Assembly: GCF_004010195.1 (NCBI RefSeq)
Contig: NC_057750.1
Location: forward strand, 6,846,554-6,910,553
DNA: 64,000 nt
DNA from: Chiloscyllium plagiosum
Taxonomy: Eukaryota
Direction: 5' to 3'
The notes under the pieces were generated by a model. That model had not been told where the DNA came from. It did not search any database and worked only from the letters and a program-made list of their open reading frames with translations. The position numbers and the translations under genes were made by a program. Positions 1-12,012 of the stretch are shown here, in pieces (within the stretch, counting starts at the first letter, position 1; each line of letters opens with the position of its first letter).

Positions 1-675
1 AGGGAGGAGGAGTGACAGCAAGAGAGAATCCCAAAGACTAAAGACCCCCAGATGAAATTCCAACTCACCTCCAGGTGAGAAACCCCCTCAGTTTAGTTCT
101 ACAAGCCCCCATAACCAGAAACATCCTCTCAGCATCCACACTGTCAGAATCTTAGGTTTCAAGAAGATCACATCAGACTCTCCCAAACTCCAACGAGTAC
201 AGGCCTAACCTACTCAACCTGGCCTCAAGAGGCAACAGATTCACCCCAGGAATCAGCAGAGTGATCTTTCCCTGAACAACTACCAAAGTTTAATCCTTTA
301 AAAGGTTCCCAGAATTGTACTCCGTACTCCAGGTGCAGTCTCAAGGCCCCGTCAAGTCAGATCAAAACTTTCAAACTTCACTCTCAATGCAATAAAGGCC
401 GATATTGATTGGCCTGCCTCAAACGCATGCAGGTACGACAAGTTGTGACTCATAACACCCAGACTCCCCTGCACCTCAGCATTCTGCAATCCCTCACACA
501 TTAAACCTCAAAATCAGTTGCAAAGTACACTGGCATGGCCAGAGACCACACAAAAAAAAAAGGCATCATGCAAATGTACATGCCTTTCAGTTTCTGTTGT
601 CTTTACAGCAGATTCCAGAACAGCAGGTCCAGGAACACTAGCCAGTTCTGCAATCATTACCAGTTACTTCCTTAC

Positions 676-775
676 CTTTTCCCCAAACAACCAGATTTCC
701 ACTTGAGTCACCAGTGATCACATCCCCGTTTTCAGAAAAAGCCAAACACAGAAGGTATTTGGGTTTCTCTTGCTT
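676..775 (-). CDS. eml2: EML-family exon (WD/TAPE domain), KQEKPKYLLCLAFSENGDVITGDSSGNLVVWGK(G); the gene continues beyond the window start
   Basis: 100-bp exon with tacag| acceptor at 776-777 and G|gtaag donor; phase 0 to 1; peptide matches EML1/EML2 'K.EKPK..LC..F...GD..TGDS.GN..VWGKG'. Confidence 0.93.
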
Positions 776-975
776 CTGTAAAAACAAAAAATAAAGTTTC
801 AAAAAAATAAAAAGAATCAAGTGATTGACAGCCCCAAAAATAAAAGGCCATTCGGTCCATCACAGCTGCGCTGGCTCTTTGAAACAGTCGTCCAAATAGT
901 CCGACATGCCTTCCACTTTCCCCATAGCCCTGCAAATTTTCTCCTTCAGAAAAATAAAAAGGACCAATCGATGTA

Positions 976-1260
976 GGGGCAGCACAGTGGCTAGCACTAC
1001 TGCCTCACAGCACCAGGGACCTGGGTTCGATTCCAGCCTCGGTGTGGAGTTTGCACATTCTCCCTGCGTCTGCGTAGGGATGCTCTGGTTTCCTCCCACA
1101 GTCCAAAGGTGTGCAGGTTAGGATGGATTGGCCAAGGGAACTTGCTCCATAGTGTTCAGAGATGCACAGGCTAGGTGGATTGGCCATGAGAATTATAGGG
1201 GGTGGGATGTTTTTTGGAGGGTTGTGGACTCTATGGGCTGAATGGCCTGCTTCCACACTA
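976..1260 (+). mobile_element. HE1/V-SINE-like tRNA-derived SINE
   Basis: A/B boxes, central 'gtggagtttgcacattctccc' domain and CR1-like tail. Confidence 0.8.
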
Positions 1261-2811
1261 TTGAATAAAATAGCCAGAGCTCCCCAAATGGGTTTGTTAA
1301 CCTGGGCCTATCAAGGATCTCAGTCAACTAGATCTACTCGGCCCTTGTTCCAATGACCACACGGACAGAGGCAGGAAATTGGAGTTGAGGGTTATTAGAT
1401 CAGCCATGATCTCATTGAGTCCGCATTGCTGTTTAATGGGCTGAATGGTCTACTTTTGCTCCTGTGTCATCTGGTCCCTTAAATTCCCAAAAGTGCAAAA
1501 GGCTGGTGGGACTGGATTGGGTTGGGATATCCAGACAGCACGGACGCGTTGGACCAAAGGGTCTGTTTCCATGTTGTACATCTCTATGACTCTATGGCTA
1601 CTTTGCCTCGACCCCGAATAAACCCAGCAGCTGAGCTCTGAGATAGAGTATAAAAAAGATTCAAATTAATCTTAAAAAAAACCTTCATCTCCAACTTAAA
1701 ATAGATATCCTTTATTATGAAGCTGTCGGTCCTATTTCTAGATTCCCCAGTGGGGAGGTTTGAAGGGGGAAGAGAGAGTGGGGGAAAATCAAAGTCTTCA
1801 CTATACTGGGTAGAGCCAAAGACAGCGACTGGGTCGACAGATTTATCACCTGGACAGGGACCCCTACCCTTGTCCCTACAGTCTCAGGCCCCAGTTATAT
1901 GGTCTCAGAAGAGAAAGAAAAGTTTGTCTCAAAAGATTCATTATTTACAAAATGTCAAAAACTTTTGCTTTTGATTTAAGCATAATAAAAGCACAGACTG
2001 TATACAGGCCATGTTTTAACCTCTGCAGGCAAGACAGGACCAACTCCCAGTCTACATGTAATCGTCCCAATGACCACGTAAACTAATTGCCTACTAACAT
2101 TTTTACATGTCCACAATTTTAAAAAGGAACACCGCACAAATCCCAGAGAGATGGGACAGTGAGGGAGTGCCATTCTCAATGACTTGTATCTCAGATATTT
2201 CCTGAAAAAACAAATTGTACTGAACAACTGACCTGATGGAATTTTACAAGAGTGCGAAAGGCATGGATAAAATGGATGGTCAGAGACCCCCACCCTCCCA
2301 GGGTGGAAACGTCAGTTACTAAGAGGATGCAGGTTTAAGGTATAAAGGAGGTGGTGGAGGGGGGATGGTGTTGATGAAGATTTGATGTATTTTTGAATGC
2401 TCGAATGGATGTTGAAATTTGATTGATCTAGAAATCCCAGCGCAGGGCTGCTATCTACCCTACACAAAATGGTGTGATGTAGATCCCCTCCTGCTCTGTG
2501 ACCCTCGATCAGAGTTCCCCTTACCTCCAGCCTGGTGTTCTCATTGGGACGGGGGTTTATGAAGAGTTGGAGTGGAAAGCAGGTTGGCCACTCCCTCTGT
2601 CCGACTGAGCAGCCAATTAAGTATCACCTGAAAGGGAAGGTGCTGTTGGGATGGACTCCACACCCAATGCGACATCTAGGCCATGACATCATCGCCACAA
2701 GTTTATAAAGGACCACCGCTCAAATCCCACAGAGATGGGACAGTGACGGAGTGCCATTCTCAATGGCTTGCATCCCAGACACCTCCTGCAAAAATATTCC
2801 ACTGAACAACT

Positions 2812-3495
2812 GGGTGGCACAATGGTTAGCACTGCTGCCTCACAGCGCCAGAGACCTGGGTTCGATTCCTGCCTCAGACGACTGTCTCTGTGGAGTTTGC
2901 ACATTCGCCCCGTATCTGCGTGGGTTTCCTCCGGGTGCTCCGGTTTCCTCCCACAGTCCAAAAATGTGCAGGTTAGGTGAATTGGCCATGCTAAATTGTC
3001 CATAGTGTTAGGTGTAGGGGAATGGGTCTGGTGGGTGGCAGGTCGGTGTAGACTTGTTGGGCCGAAGGGCCTGTTTCCACACTAAGTAATCTAACCTAAA
3101 CTGTTCTGATGGAATTTTACAAGATGGAGAGAGGCATGGATAGAATGAGTAGTCAGAGATTTTCCACCAGGCTAGGGTGGTAGGGTGGCATGGTGGCTCA
3201 GTGGTTAGCACTGCTGCCTCACAGCACCAGGGACTTAGGTTCAATTCCAGCCTCAGGTGATCGTCTACGTGGAGTTTGCACATTCTCCCTGTGTCTGTGT
3301 GGGTTTCCTCTGGTTGCTCCGGTTTCCTCCCACAGTCCAAAGATGTGCAAGTCAGGTGAATCGGCCATGTTAAAGTGCCCCATAGTGTTAGGTGGGTCAG
3401 TCAGAGGGAAATGGGTCTGGGTGGGTGACCCTTCAGAGGGTCAGTGTGGACTGGTTGGGCTGAAGGGCCTGTTTCCACACTGTAGGGGAATCTAA
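2812..3495 (+). mobile_element. Two HE1/V-SINE-like copies (2812-3095 and 3183-3495)
   Basis: Same tRNA head, V-domain and aatct tail. Confidence 0.82.
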
Positions 3496-3845
3496 CCTTA
3501 AGGATAGAAATTAGAGTTACTAAGGGATGCAGGTTTAAGGCATAAAGGGGGGGAATTAAAAGATGAGAGAGACTTTTTTTTTGTTTTTTAAAAAATAGTG
3601 CAACAAGTGTCTGGAATACACTGCCAGAGGTGGTGATAGGAACAGATAATAACAATGTTTACAATGCATCTGGACAGATGTAGGAATAGAGGGATATGGA
3701 TTGTGTACAGGCAAACGGTTTTTAGTTTAGAAAGGTGTCATGTGTCAGTGCAGGGTTAGTGGGCCGAAGGGCCTGTCCCTGATCAGCTCTTCCAGTAGCA
3801 CAGGGGCTTTCCCACCACCCCATCTGCAAGAACAAAGCGGCTCAC

Positions 3846-3980
3846 CTCAAAAATGCCATGCCTCTTGGAAAGAGTGTTGCCTTCCATAGTCCAGAAGCAA
3901 ATGTGGGATTTGCCGCAGGTGATGAGGAGCTGGGCTTCAGTGGGGTGGAAACTCACTGCCAGCACTGACTCGTTGGAACA
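3846..3980 (-). CDS. eml2: EML-family exon CSNESVLAVSFHPTEAQLLITCGKSHICFWTMEGNTLSKRHGIFE
   Basis: 135 bp, ag|...|gtgag, phase 0/0; 'LITCGKSHI.FWT.EG..LSKR.G.FE' resembles EML2 as recalled. Confidence 0.94.
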
Positions 3981-4034
3981 CTGTTTAAAAACAAAAGAAT
4001 GTGGAACACACAGACAGAGGTTAGACAGACAGTC

Positions 4035-4269
4035 TTCGAGGAGAAAGTGAGGTCTGCAGATGCTGGAGATCAAAGTTGAAACTTTATTGCTGGAACAGCA
4101 CAGCAGGTCAGGCAGCATCCAGGGAACAGGAGATTCGACGTTTCGGGCACAGGCCCTTCTTCAGGAATGTCTCTCATTCCTGAAGAAGGGCCTGTGCCCG
4201 AAACGTCGAATCTCCTGTTCCCTGGATGCTGCCTGACCTGCTGTGCTGTTCCAGCAATAAAGTTTCAAC
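4035..4269. mobile_element. Penelope-derived hairpin element (family A) with hammerhead cores on both strands
   Basis: Perfect ~97-bp inverted arms (4073-4169 and 4175-4271); TSD ttagacagacagtc at 4021-4034 and 4270-4283. Confidence 0.8.
4176..4211 (+). ncRNA. Minimal type-I hammerhead ribozyme motif
   Basis: ATTC-CTGAAGA-A-GGGC-CTGT-GCCC-GAAAC-GTC-GAAT: stem I ATTC/GAAT, core CUGANGA...GAAA, GUC triplet; mirror copy on the minus strand at ~4133-4168. Confidence 0.65.
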
Positions 4270-4808
4270 TTAGACAGACAGTCACCTGCACACAAGGAGC
4301 AAGTCATGGAGAAACTCCCTTCCAATGGGCACAAGGTGGCTACAGGTATCTGGTGTCATTTAAATTTAATAAATCTGCAAATTGAAAGCTAGTGATGGTG
4401 ACCATCATCGGATATTGTAAAAGCCCATCTGGTTCACTAATGTACTTCAGGGAAGGAAATCTGCCATCCTTACCTGATCTGGCCTACGTGTGACTCCAGA
4501 CCCACAGTAATGGGGGTGACTTTTAACCACCCTCTGGGGTGGTCAACTAAACCCCACAATTCACAGGCAACAGCTGTTGGTCTTCCCAGGAACAGCCATG
4601 AAGAATAAAAATGCATTATGATGTGAATTATGAGCAGATTGTATATAATTTGGTGATTCTGATCAAAGCAAAATCCTGCAGGCACTGGAAATCTGAAACA
4701 GGCTCTGAGATTGCTGAAGAAACTCAACAGGCCTGGCTCCTTCCGATGGAGAGAAATACTGGAGAGGGGGAGGGAAGGGGAGGGATAGGTGGATGGAGAG
4801 AGAGTGGG

Positions 4809-5373
4809 AGGGATAGGTAGGTGAGGAGAGGGAGGGTTAGGTGGATGGAGAGAAAGTGAGAGGGATAGGTAGGTGAGGAGAGGGAGGGTTAGGTGGATGG
4901 AGAGAAAGTGAGAGGGATAGGTAGGTGAGGAGAGGGAGGGTTAGGTGGATGGAGAGAAAGTGAGAGGGATAGGTAGGTGAGGAGAGGGAGGGTTAGGTGG
5001 ATGGAGAGAAAGTGAGAGGGATAGGTAGGTGAGGAGAGGGAGGGTTAGGTGGATGGAGAGAAAGTGAGAGGGATAGGTAGGTGAGGAGAGGGAGGGTTAG
5101 GTGGATGGAGAGAAAGTGAGAGGGATAGGTAGGTGAGGAGAGGGAGGGTTAGGTGGATGGAGAGAAAGTGAGAGGGATAGGTAGGTGAGGAGAGGGAGGG
5201 TTAGGTGGATGGAGAGAAAGTGAGAGGGATAGGTAGGTGAGGAGAGGGAGGGTTAGGTGGATGGAGAGAAAGTGAGAGGGATAGGTAGGTGAGGAGAGGG
5301 AGGGTTAGGTGGATGGAGAGAAAGTGAGAGGGATAGGTAGGTGAGGAGAGGGAGGGTTAGGTGGATGGAGAGA
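4809..5373. repeat. 52-bp purine-rich minisatellite, ~10.8 near-identical copies
   Basis: Unit agggataggtaggtgaggagagggagggttaggtggatggagagaaagtgag. Confidence 0.95.
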
Positions 5374-5844
5374 GAGGGTTAAAGAATTTAGCTGAATTGT
5401 CAATGTAAGTAGAGGATGGATTCTCCAAGATTTTAATTGCGCCTAATTTAATGTTTAGAACCTTAGGCGTGAAATTAATAGCTGTGAAATTAACGCCTCG
5501 TTGCAGTTTCAGTGGCGAGCATGTTGCAGTTCTGAAGAGCTGACGGGAAATTTGTCGAAGTAGATAGCACCAGTCATAAAATAGGATCAAATATATAAAT
5601 AGATCAGAAAAACCATCATTGGTTTTGTAACTCTGACGTGTCGACAGTTTGTTCTATTTTAAGTTGATAAATTGTCTCTAATCTCTTTCTCTATTTCTAA
5701 AATTTCTGTTCTTCTGATATTTTTCTGTCTCCTCCTGGAGGGTCTGCTGCTATCAATCAACCCCTAATATCTGACCCAAGTGATGATGTCGGTCAGTTAG
5801 TGTAAACAAGGAATTCTTTCAGGGAGACGGACACAGGGATACCC

Positions 5845-6060
5845 ACATGCAGCGCGCGCACACATGCATACACATGCACACGCACACATGTACACGTACA
5901 CACATACGCACGCACCCACGCATACACATGCACACACACAACCACAGGTACACACAAACATGGACACATATACAGACACAGACAGACACAAACACAGACA
6001 CACACAGAAACACAGAGAGACACACACACAAATAGAGAGACACAGACAAAGACACATATG
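5845..6060. repeat. Degenerate (CA)n/(CAGA)n microsatellite
   Basis: Visible directly in the sequence; source of several spurious ORFs. Confidence 0.9.
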
Positions 6061-6552
6061 TGTCTTCAGATCCCCTCCCCGATCATCCTCACTGGAATGG
6101 ACTAACTGGTCAGAGTCCGGCCTTTGAGGCTTGTCCACCCTGTGGGCTGTAAGCCTCAGTAGCCGATGGCAGGTGGTGCCAGTGAAACAGATGTGTCCCC
6201 TCAATGAGGTGAAAATTGAAAAAGGTTTTAACGGGTCAGGGAGCTGAAGCTGAAGTTCTTCACTGGAATTAACTGTCAGCAGCTGATACTGTTATGGATT
6301 GAGGTGTTAAAAGGGCCAGAAGTGTGTGATACCATCTCTGAAAATATCTAAAATCCTGTCAGTGAAGGATCTCACTGTGCAGTGGTAGTGACCTTATTTC
6401 TGAACCAGAAGGTCTGGGTTCAAGTCCCACTTGCCCTGGATATGTGTTAATATGCCTGAGCAGGTCGATTTAAAATAGCTGAAATGACTTTAATGAGGGG
6501 AGGGCAGGCAGTCGGGAGAGCTGGGCACTGAGGAGATGTTCAGTGATGATAG

Positions 6553-6845
6553 CCCCCATTCACCCATTGTACTCTTTGCTACCTTCCCCCACCCTCTTCT
6601 CTGACCTATCACCTCCATCCCCATCCCCATTCACCTATTGTACTCTATGCTACTTTCTTCCTCACCCCCACCCTCCTCTCATTTATCTCTCCACCCTTCA
6701 GGCACTCTGCCTGTATTCCTGATGAAGGGCTTTTGCCCGAAATGTCGATTTTCCTGCTCCTCGGATGCTGCCTGAACTGCTGCGCTTTTCCAGCACCACT
6801 CTAATCCAGAATCTGGTTTCCAGCATCTGCAGTTATTGTTTTTAC
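6553..6845 (+). mobile_element. Family-A Penelope pLTR fragment
   Basis: CTGATGAAGGGCTTTTGCCCGAAATGTC from 6719, followed by the family-A tail. Confidence 0.65.
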
Positions 6846-7019
6846 AAACTAAAAACTTATCCCTCTGACTTTTAACATTGTAAAGTGGTTTTGGCTCACA
6901 TTTCACGTGTGTGTGTGTGTGTGGCCTCCTAGCCCACAGAGGGGGAAATATTTCCAAAATGGGAATACATTAAGCGAACGCACAATGGCCTCGAAAACAA
7001 ATCAATGAATGACACTTAC

Positions 7020-7130
7020 GGACTTGGAGAAGGACACGCAAGAAATGCCTCGTTCGAAGACTCCGGATCCGATAACGTGCAGCGTGCTGAGGCTCACTGA
7101 ATCCCACACACGCACGTGAGGTGGAAGATG
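7020..7130 (-). CDS. eml2: EML-family exon HLPPHVRVWDSVSLSTLHVIGSGVFERGISCVSFSKS
   Basis: 111 bp, cag|...|gtaagt, phase 0/0; absent from the ORF track and translated by hand; 'VSLSTLHV.G.GVF' is EML2-like. Confidence 0.94.
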
Positions 7131-7172
7131 CTGTTCGGGAAGGGTAGAAAGTTACTTAACGAGAGTCATAAC

Positions 7173-7394
7173 TGAGATAACTCCATGACGGCCGGTATCC
7201 CGTCACCAAGCCACCCATTATTTACACTAGCATAGTGCTTGACACTGATCCAGCTCCCTCAGAGAGCTCTGAGTGAACAGGACCCCTGACACTTCTGTTT
7301 ATATTGGTCAGCCAGGGCTCCCTGATTGGAGCAGATCAACAGCCCCAACCAGGGAACTAATTCTATGAGAGATTCACCCGGCTGACATCTTTCA
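7173..7394 (-). mobile_element. Short (~220 bp) LTR-like repeat
   Basis: TG...CA ends with CCAAT-, TATA- and AATAA-like motifs; homologous copies at ~36257-37430 (split by Tx1) and ~46165-55466 (split by the nest). Confidence 0.5.
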
Positions 7395-8439
7395 TGGGCA
7401 AAGTTAAAAATCACACAACACCAGGTTATCCTCCAACAGTTTTATTTGGAAGCACTAGCTTTTGGAGCACTGCTCCTTCATCAAGTGGTTGTGGAGAATA
7501 AGACCGTAAGACACAGAATGTTAGCAAAAGGTTACAGTGTCATGCAACTGAAATTATATATTGAACAAGCCTGATTTAGACTGAGGGAGTACTGCGTTTA
7601 AGTGGAAGATCCCTTCTCTTTAAAAAGACACTGATGAGAAAGAATCTCTTCTCTCGGGAGAAGATTGTGGAGAATCCCACGACCAGTTCCATCTAGAAGG
7701 ACAAGAGCAGCAGATACATGGGAACACCACCCCCTGCAAGTTCCCCATCACTCACCATCCTGCCTTGGAAATAGATCAGCATTCCTTCAGTGTCTCCGGG
7801 TCAGAATTCTGAAATTCCCTCCCTAAGGGCATTATAGCTTGACCCACAGCAGGTGGACTGCAATGGTTCAAGACAACAGCTCACCGCCCCCTCCTCAAGG
7901 GCAATTAGGGACGGGTAATAAATGCTGACCCAGCCAACAACGCTCACATCCCACAAATGAGTATTTAAACAAGGAAGCTGGCTGGGTTGTATGGCCTCCT
8001 CCTGTTCCCATTTCATATCGTCCCAGCAGCGTTTACTGATTCCACAGTGAGTAGTAAGCAGTCAAAAAGCCTTTTCCTTGTGTGATAATGTCTAAATAAC
8101 AAGGAAAACTTCACCACTTTCCACATTTCTCACTAAATTCTTCCATATATGGTTCCGTAATTGGGATATCGTGTAGCATTAACAGACTGCATATCTTTCC
8201 CACCAGATCCACAGCTCACTTTCAGAACATTCTAGAATGATTACAATAGAGGACCCAATGAAAAGAAACCGGATCAGGCAAGTCTGCCTAGAGCCTGCTC
8301 CGCCATTCAATATGTTCATGGCCAATCTTTTATTTAATACAACCGTTCCTCATTATCCCAAAATCTTTTAACTCCTTACTATGTGAAATTCTGTAACCTC
8401 AGCCTTGAATCTTCATAATGGTTATTCACAGCTGATGGA

Positions 8440-9315
8440 GTTTGTTTTGGAGGACGTAACCAAAACGATAGAGGGCAGAGTTGTTGATGTTGTTTAATGG
8501 ACTTTAGTGAAGCCTTCTGCAAGGTTCAACATGGTAGACTAATTAGTAAAGTTAGATCACATGGGATTCAGTTAGAGCTTATCAACTAGATACAAAATTG
8601 GCTTGACAATAGGTGACGGAGGATTGTTTTTCAAACTGGAGGCCTGTGACCAGCGATGTTCCACAGAGATCAGTGCTGGGTCTACTGTTCTTGGTCATTT
8701 ATATAAATGATTGAGGAAACTATTTGAGGCAATGGTTAGTAAGTTTGCAGATGACACCAAAATTGATGGTATAGTGGACAGTGAAGAAGGTTACCTAAGA
8801 TTCCAAAGGGATCAATTGGGCAAATGGGCCGAGGACTGGCAGATGGAGCTTAATTTGATTAAATGCAAGGAATTGCACGTTGGTAAAATGAACAAGGGTA
8901 TGAGTTACACAGTTAAACGGTAAGACCCTGGGTAGTGTTATCAAACAGACAAACCCAAGGGTTCCGTTATATTGTTTTTTTAAAAGTCATGTCACAGGTA
9001 GACAGGCCGTTTAACACACACCGTCATCGCTCAGACCATTGAGTATAGGAGTTGGGACGTCATGTTGAGGTTATACAGGACATTGGGGAAGTCACTTTTG
9101 GAGGACTGTGTGCACTTCTGGTCGCCCTACTATAGGAAGGGTATAATTAAATTGAAAATGGTTCAGAAAGGAGTTAACAGGACTGGAGAGGTTGAGTTAT
9201 ATAACAAAAAAGGACAAAAAAGGCTGGGACTTTTTTTAAAAGAAACACTGAGCATAGGAGGTTGACAGGTGACCTTATAAAAAGATTTATAAAATCACGG
9301 AGTGGCATAGATAAG
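8440..9315 (+). mobile_element. Degenerate CR1 RT fragment
   Basis: 'SKFADDTKIDG', 'WQMELN..KC', 'LYRTL...LEDCVHFWSP'. Confidence 0.85.
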
Positions 9316-9732
9316 TTGGCACTGAAAAAGCACATCAGGTCAAGCAGTGTCTGAGGAGCAGGAGAGTCAATGTTTAAGGCATAAGCCCTTCATCAGGAAA
9401 GACCATGCTCCTCAGATGCCGCCTGACCTGCTGCGCTTTTCCAGCGTCACAGTCTTCGACTGACTCTCCAGCACCTGCAGGCCTCACTTTCTCCTAGGGA
9501 GATAGATATAGGTGAATCCGAGACTTGGGGACATATTTACAAAGTACCATTAAATCCTTCAGGAGTGACACTAGGAAACACCTCTCTAGGGCCAAGTCGG
9601 GTAGAAACTTGGAGCTTTCTTCCAAAAGAAGAGAAATCAATGTTAGATTGCAAATTGAGAAACTGAGACAGATAATACTTTCAGTTGATCGAACTCTAAA
9701 TGGCACCAAGCCAAAAAAGTGTCAAGTCACAT

Positions 9733-10238
9733 CACGGTGGCACAGTGGTTAGCACTGCTGCCTCACAGCGCCAGAGACCCGGGTTCAATTCCCGCCTCAG
9801 GCGACTGACTGTGTGGAGTTTGCACATTCTCCCCGTGTCTGCGTGGGTTTGCTCCGGGTGCTCCGGTTTCCTCCCACAGTCCAAAAATGTGCAGGTTAGG
9901 TGAATTGGCCGTTCTAAATTGCCCGTAGTGTAGGGGAATGGGTCTGGGTGGGGGCGGGTCAGTGTGGAAACTGAAAATGTGTTGCTGGAAAAGCGCAGCA
10001 AGTCAGGCAGCATCCAAGGAATAGGAGAATCGACCTTACGGGCATAAGCCTCCTGAAGAAGGGCTTTATGCCTGAAAGGTCGATTCTCCTGTTCCTCGGA
10101 TGCTGCCTGACCTGCTGCGCTTTTCCAGCAACACATTTTCAGCTCTAATCTCCAGCATCTGCAGTCCTCACTTTCTCCGCGAGTCAGTGTGGACTTGTTG
10201 GGCCGAAGGGCCTGTTTCCACACTAAGTAATCTAATCT
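9733..10238 (+). mobile_element. HE1/V-SINE-like copy (interrupted)
   Basis: Family consensus; further copies at ~16535(-), 16945(+), 21928(+), 26680(-), 30363(-, with an NNNNN gap), 33472(+), 39895(-), 41291(-), 46510(-) and 55680(+). Confidence 0.85.
9969..10182. mobile_element. Family-A Penelope hairpin inserted in an HE1-like SINE
   Basis: Inverted arms; TSD gtcagtgtgga at 9958-9968 and 10183-10193. Confidence 0.75.
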
Positions 10239-10422
10239 TAGTGAATAGAATGATGACCTGAGGGACTGTGTCCTCCTCCTGTTCCTATGCCCCTTGCTTT
10301 CTGCAGTTTAAGATAATAGGTCCTTTGTTGGGTCAATGTTATAGCAGAGAACTCAGAAACCCAATAGGCAAATATACCTTCTTTATTTAAAGAACAGAAA
10401 TTGAAATTTGAATAGATTGTAC

Positions 10423-10492
10423 CTTTCCATCTTTTGTGGTTCCTGCCACCTGCCCTGTTGCCATGGTGACTCTGTCAGGATGTACTGCAAGG
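10423..10492 (-). CDS. eml2: EML-family exon (C)LAVHPDRVTMATGQVAGTTKDGK
   Basis: 70 bp, polypyrimidine tract plus ag| and AAG|gtac donor, phase 2 to 0; in frame with both neighbouring exons. Confidence 0.93.
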
Positions 10493-11862
10493 CTGAGAGA
10501 GAGAGAGGAATGAGTCACAACGTTGGCCTTTAATTCCTCATCAATAACAGTGCTAGGTCCAGAATAAAGCCAGAGTCATAGCAAGAGGCCCAGTCACACG
10601 CTGTGTACAACCTTTAACCATGTTACTGTTTCTACTTAACTTCTGCTTCCCTTTCACTTTGTTAGTATTATTTTATTGCATAAGGTTTCATGAACAATAC
10701 TCAGTCCCTAACCAAGGCATAAATTGGACATTTACAAAAAAGGAAAAAAAAAGCTGTGAATTTCACCACACAGTAGGGGGCAGTGATTGTCCAAGTGGCT
10801 GATGACAACCCTTTCCAAATGGTGGCCATTGTGTTCTCTTCCCATCCCAAATCCTGATAGTCCTTGGATCAATAGCGAACACGCCACACCACCGTGGAGG
10901 CTCAAGAGTACCAAGGCTGTCACCAACACAAGGCGATTGGGTCAAAATCCTGGAATTCCCTCCCTAATGGGAGTGTGGGTCAACCTATAGCATTTGAACT
11001 GCAGCGGTTAAAGAAGGCAGCTCATCATCACCTTCTCAAGGGGCAACTAGGGACTGGCAATAAATACTGGCCCAGCCAGTGAAACCCACATCTGAGGGAG
11101 AGGTTAAAAACTTCTAATGCATGAAACTGCGACTGATCTACTCCTGCAGTTATGGTGAGAGTCCGCAGAGTTAGCAATGACACACGTGGCTCACAGATAG
11201 GATTCAACCCTTCTGGTTGGCTGACAGTGAAGAAATGTTTGGCACTGACAAAACACGCGAGTCACCAATGCCCTCCGTTTGCCAATGCCAGTAAACTCCA
11301 GGCAATCTCACAGTAAGGAGACCATATGGCAAAAAAAGCTTGTGGTTGTGAAGAAAGGCAATGCAACTAGCCAGCAGCAACTCATCATCGCGATGAGATC
11401 ACTTGCAGAATGCTGCCTGACCTGCTGTGCTTTTCCAACACCACATTCTCGAGTCTAATCTCCAGCGTCTGCAGTCCTCACTTTCTCTTGAAGTTTACAC
11501 ACTGTCCAGTCAATGCTAGAAATGTCATCGACTTAGGTTCAAGGTCCCCATGGACCACAAACTTCAGCGATATCACTCATTAAAAAGTGCATCACTGCAC
11601 AGACACGTAGGCAGAGGGTCAGTGGTGCATGTGTTACCAAGAGACAATGAGGGGGAAGGTTTCCATTCACTACAATGAAAACGGTTTTGGTATCAACCTT
11701 TGACTTGACAATGCAGGTAAAAAGGAGATTGGTCCAAACAGTGGACACAAAAGGAAAAAAAAATAAAAATGTAATAAAAATCAACCTGTTTGGATATAGC
11801 ACTGGGGCAGGTGGCACTTGAGCCTTGTAGCCTAGAAGCAGAGACCACCATGAGATACTCAC

Positions 11863-12012
11863 CATTTCACATCGTCATTATGTCCAAGGTAATGACGCTG
11901 CAGCTGCTCTTCTACGTTGTAGAGCACAACAACCGATGCGATAAAGTAAACAATCTCGCCTGTCGGTAGGAGATAGAGATTGGACCGGCAATCACGCCCT
12001 CGATAACCATAC
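11863..12012 (-). CDS. eml2: EML HELP-region exon (V)YGYRGRDCRSNLYLLPTGEIVYFIASVVVLYNVEEQLQRHYLGHNDDVK(C)
   Basis: 150 bp, cag|...|gtgag, phase 2/2; contains the hallmark HELP motif YGYRG.DCR.N. Confidence 0.96.

Noticed and set aside
5375..5800. Mitochondrial insertion or viral ORF (5357-5590, minus strand)
   Set aside because: No recognisable mitochondrial gene, tRNA or viral motif in the frames examined.
5793..6204. Cys/Val- or His/Thr-rich ORFs
   Set aside because: Translations of a (CA)n-type microsatellite.
9733..9800. tRNA genes (A/B-box heads, also at ~6370, 15050, 23600 and 40705)
   Set aside because: They are SINE heads attached to SINE bodies or tails, without a complete cloverleaf.
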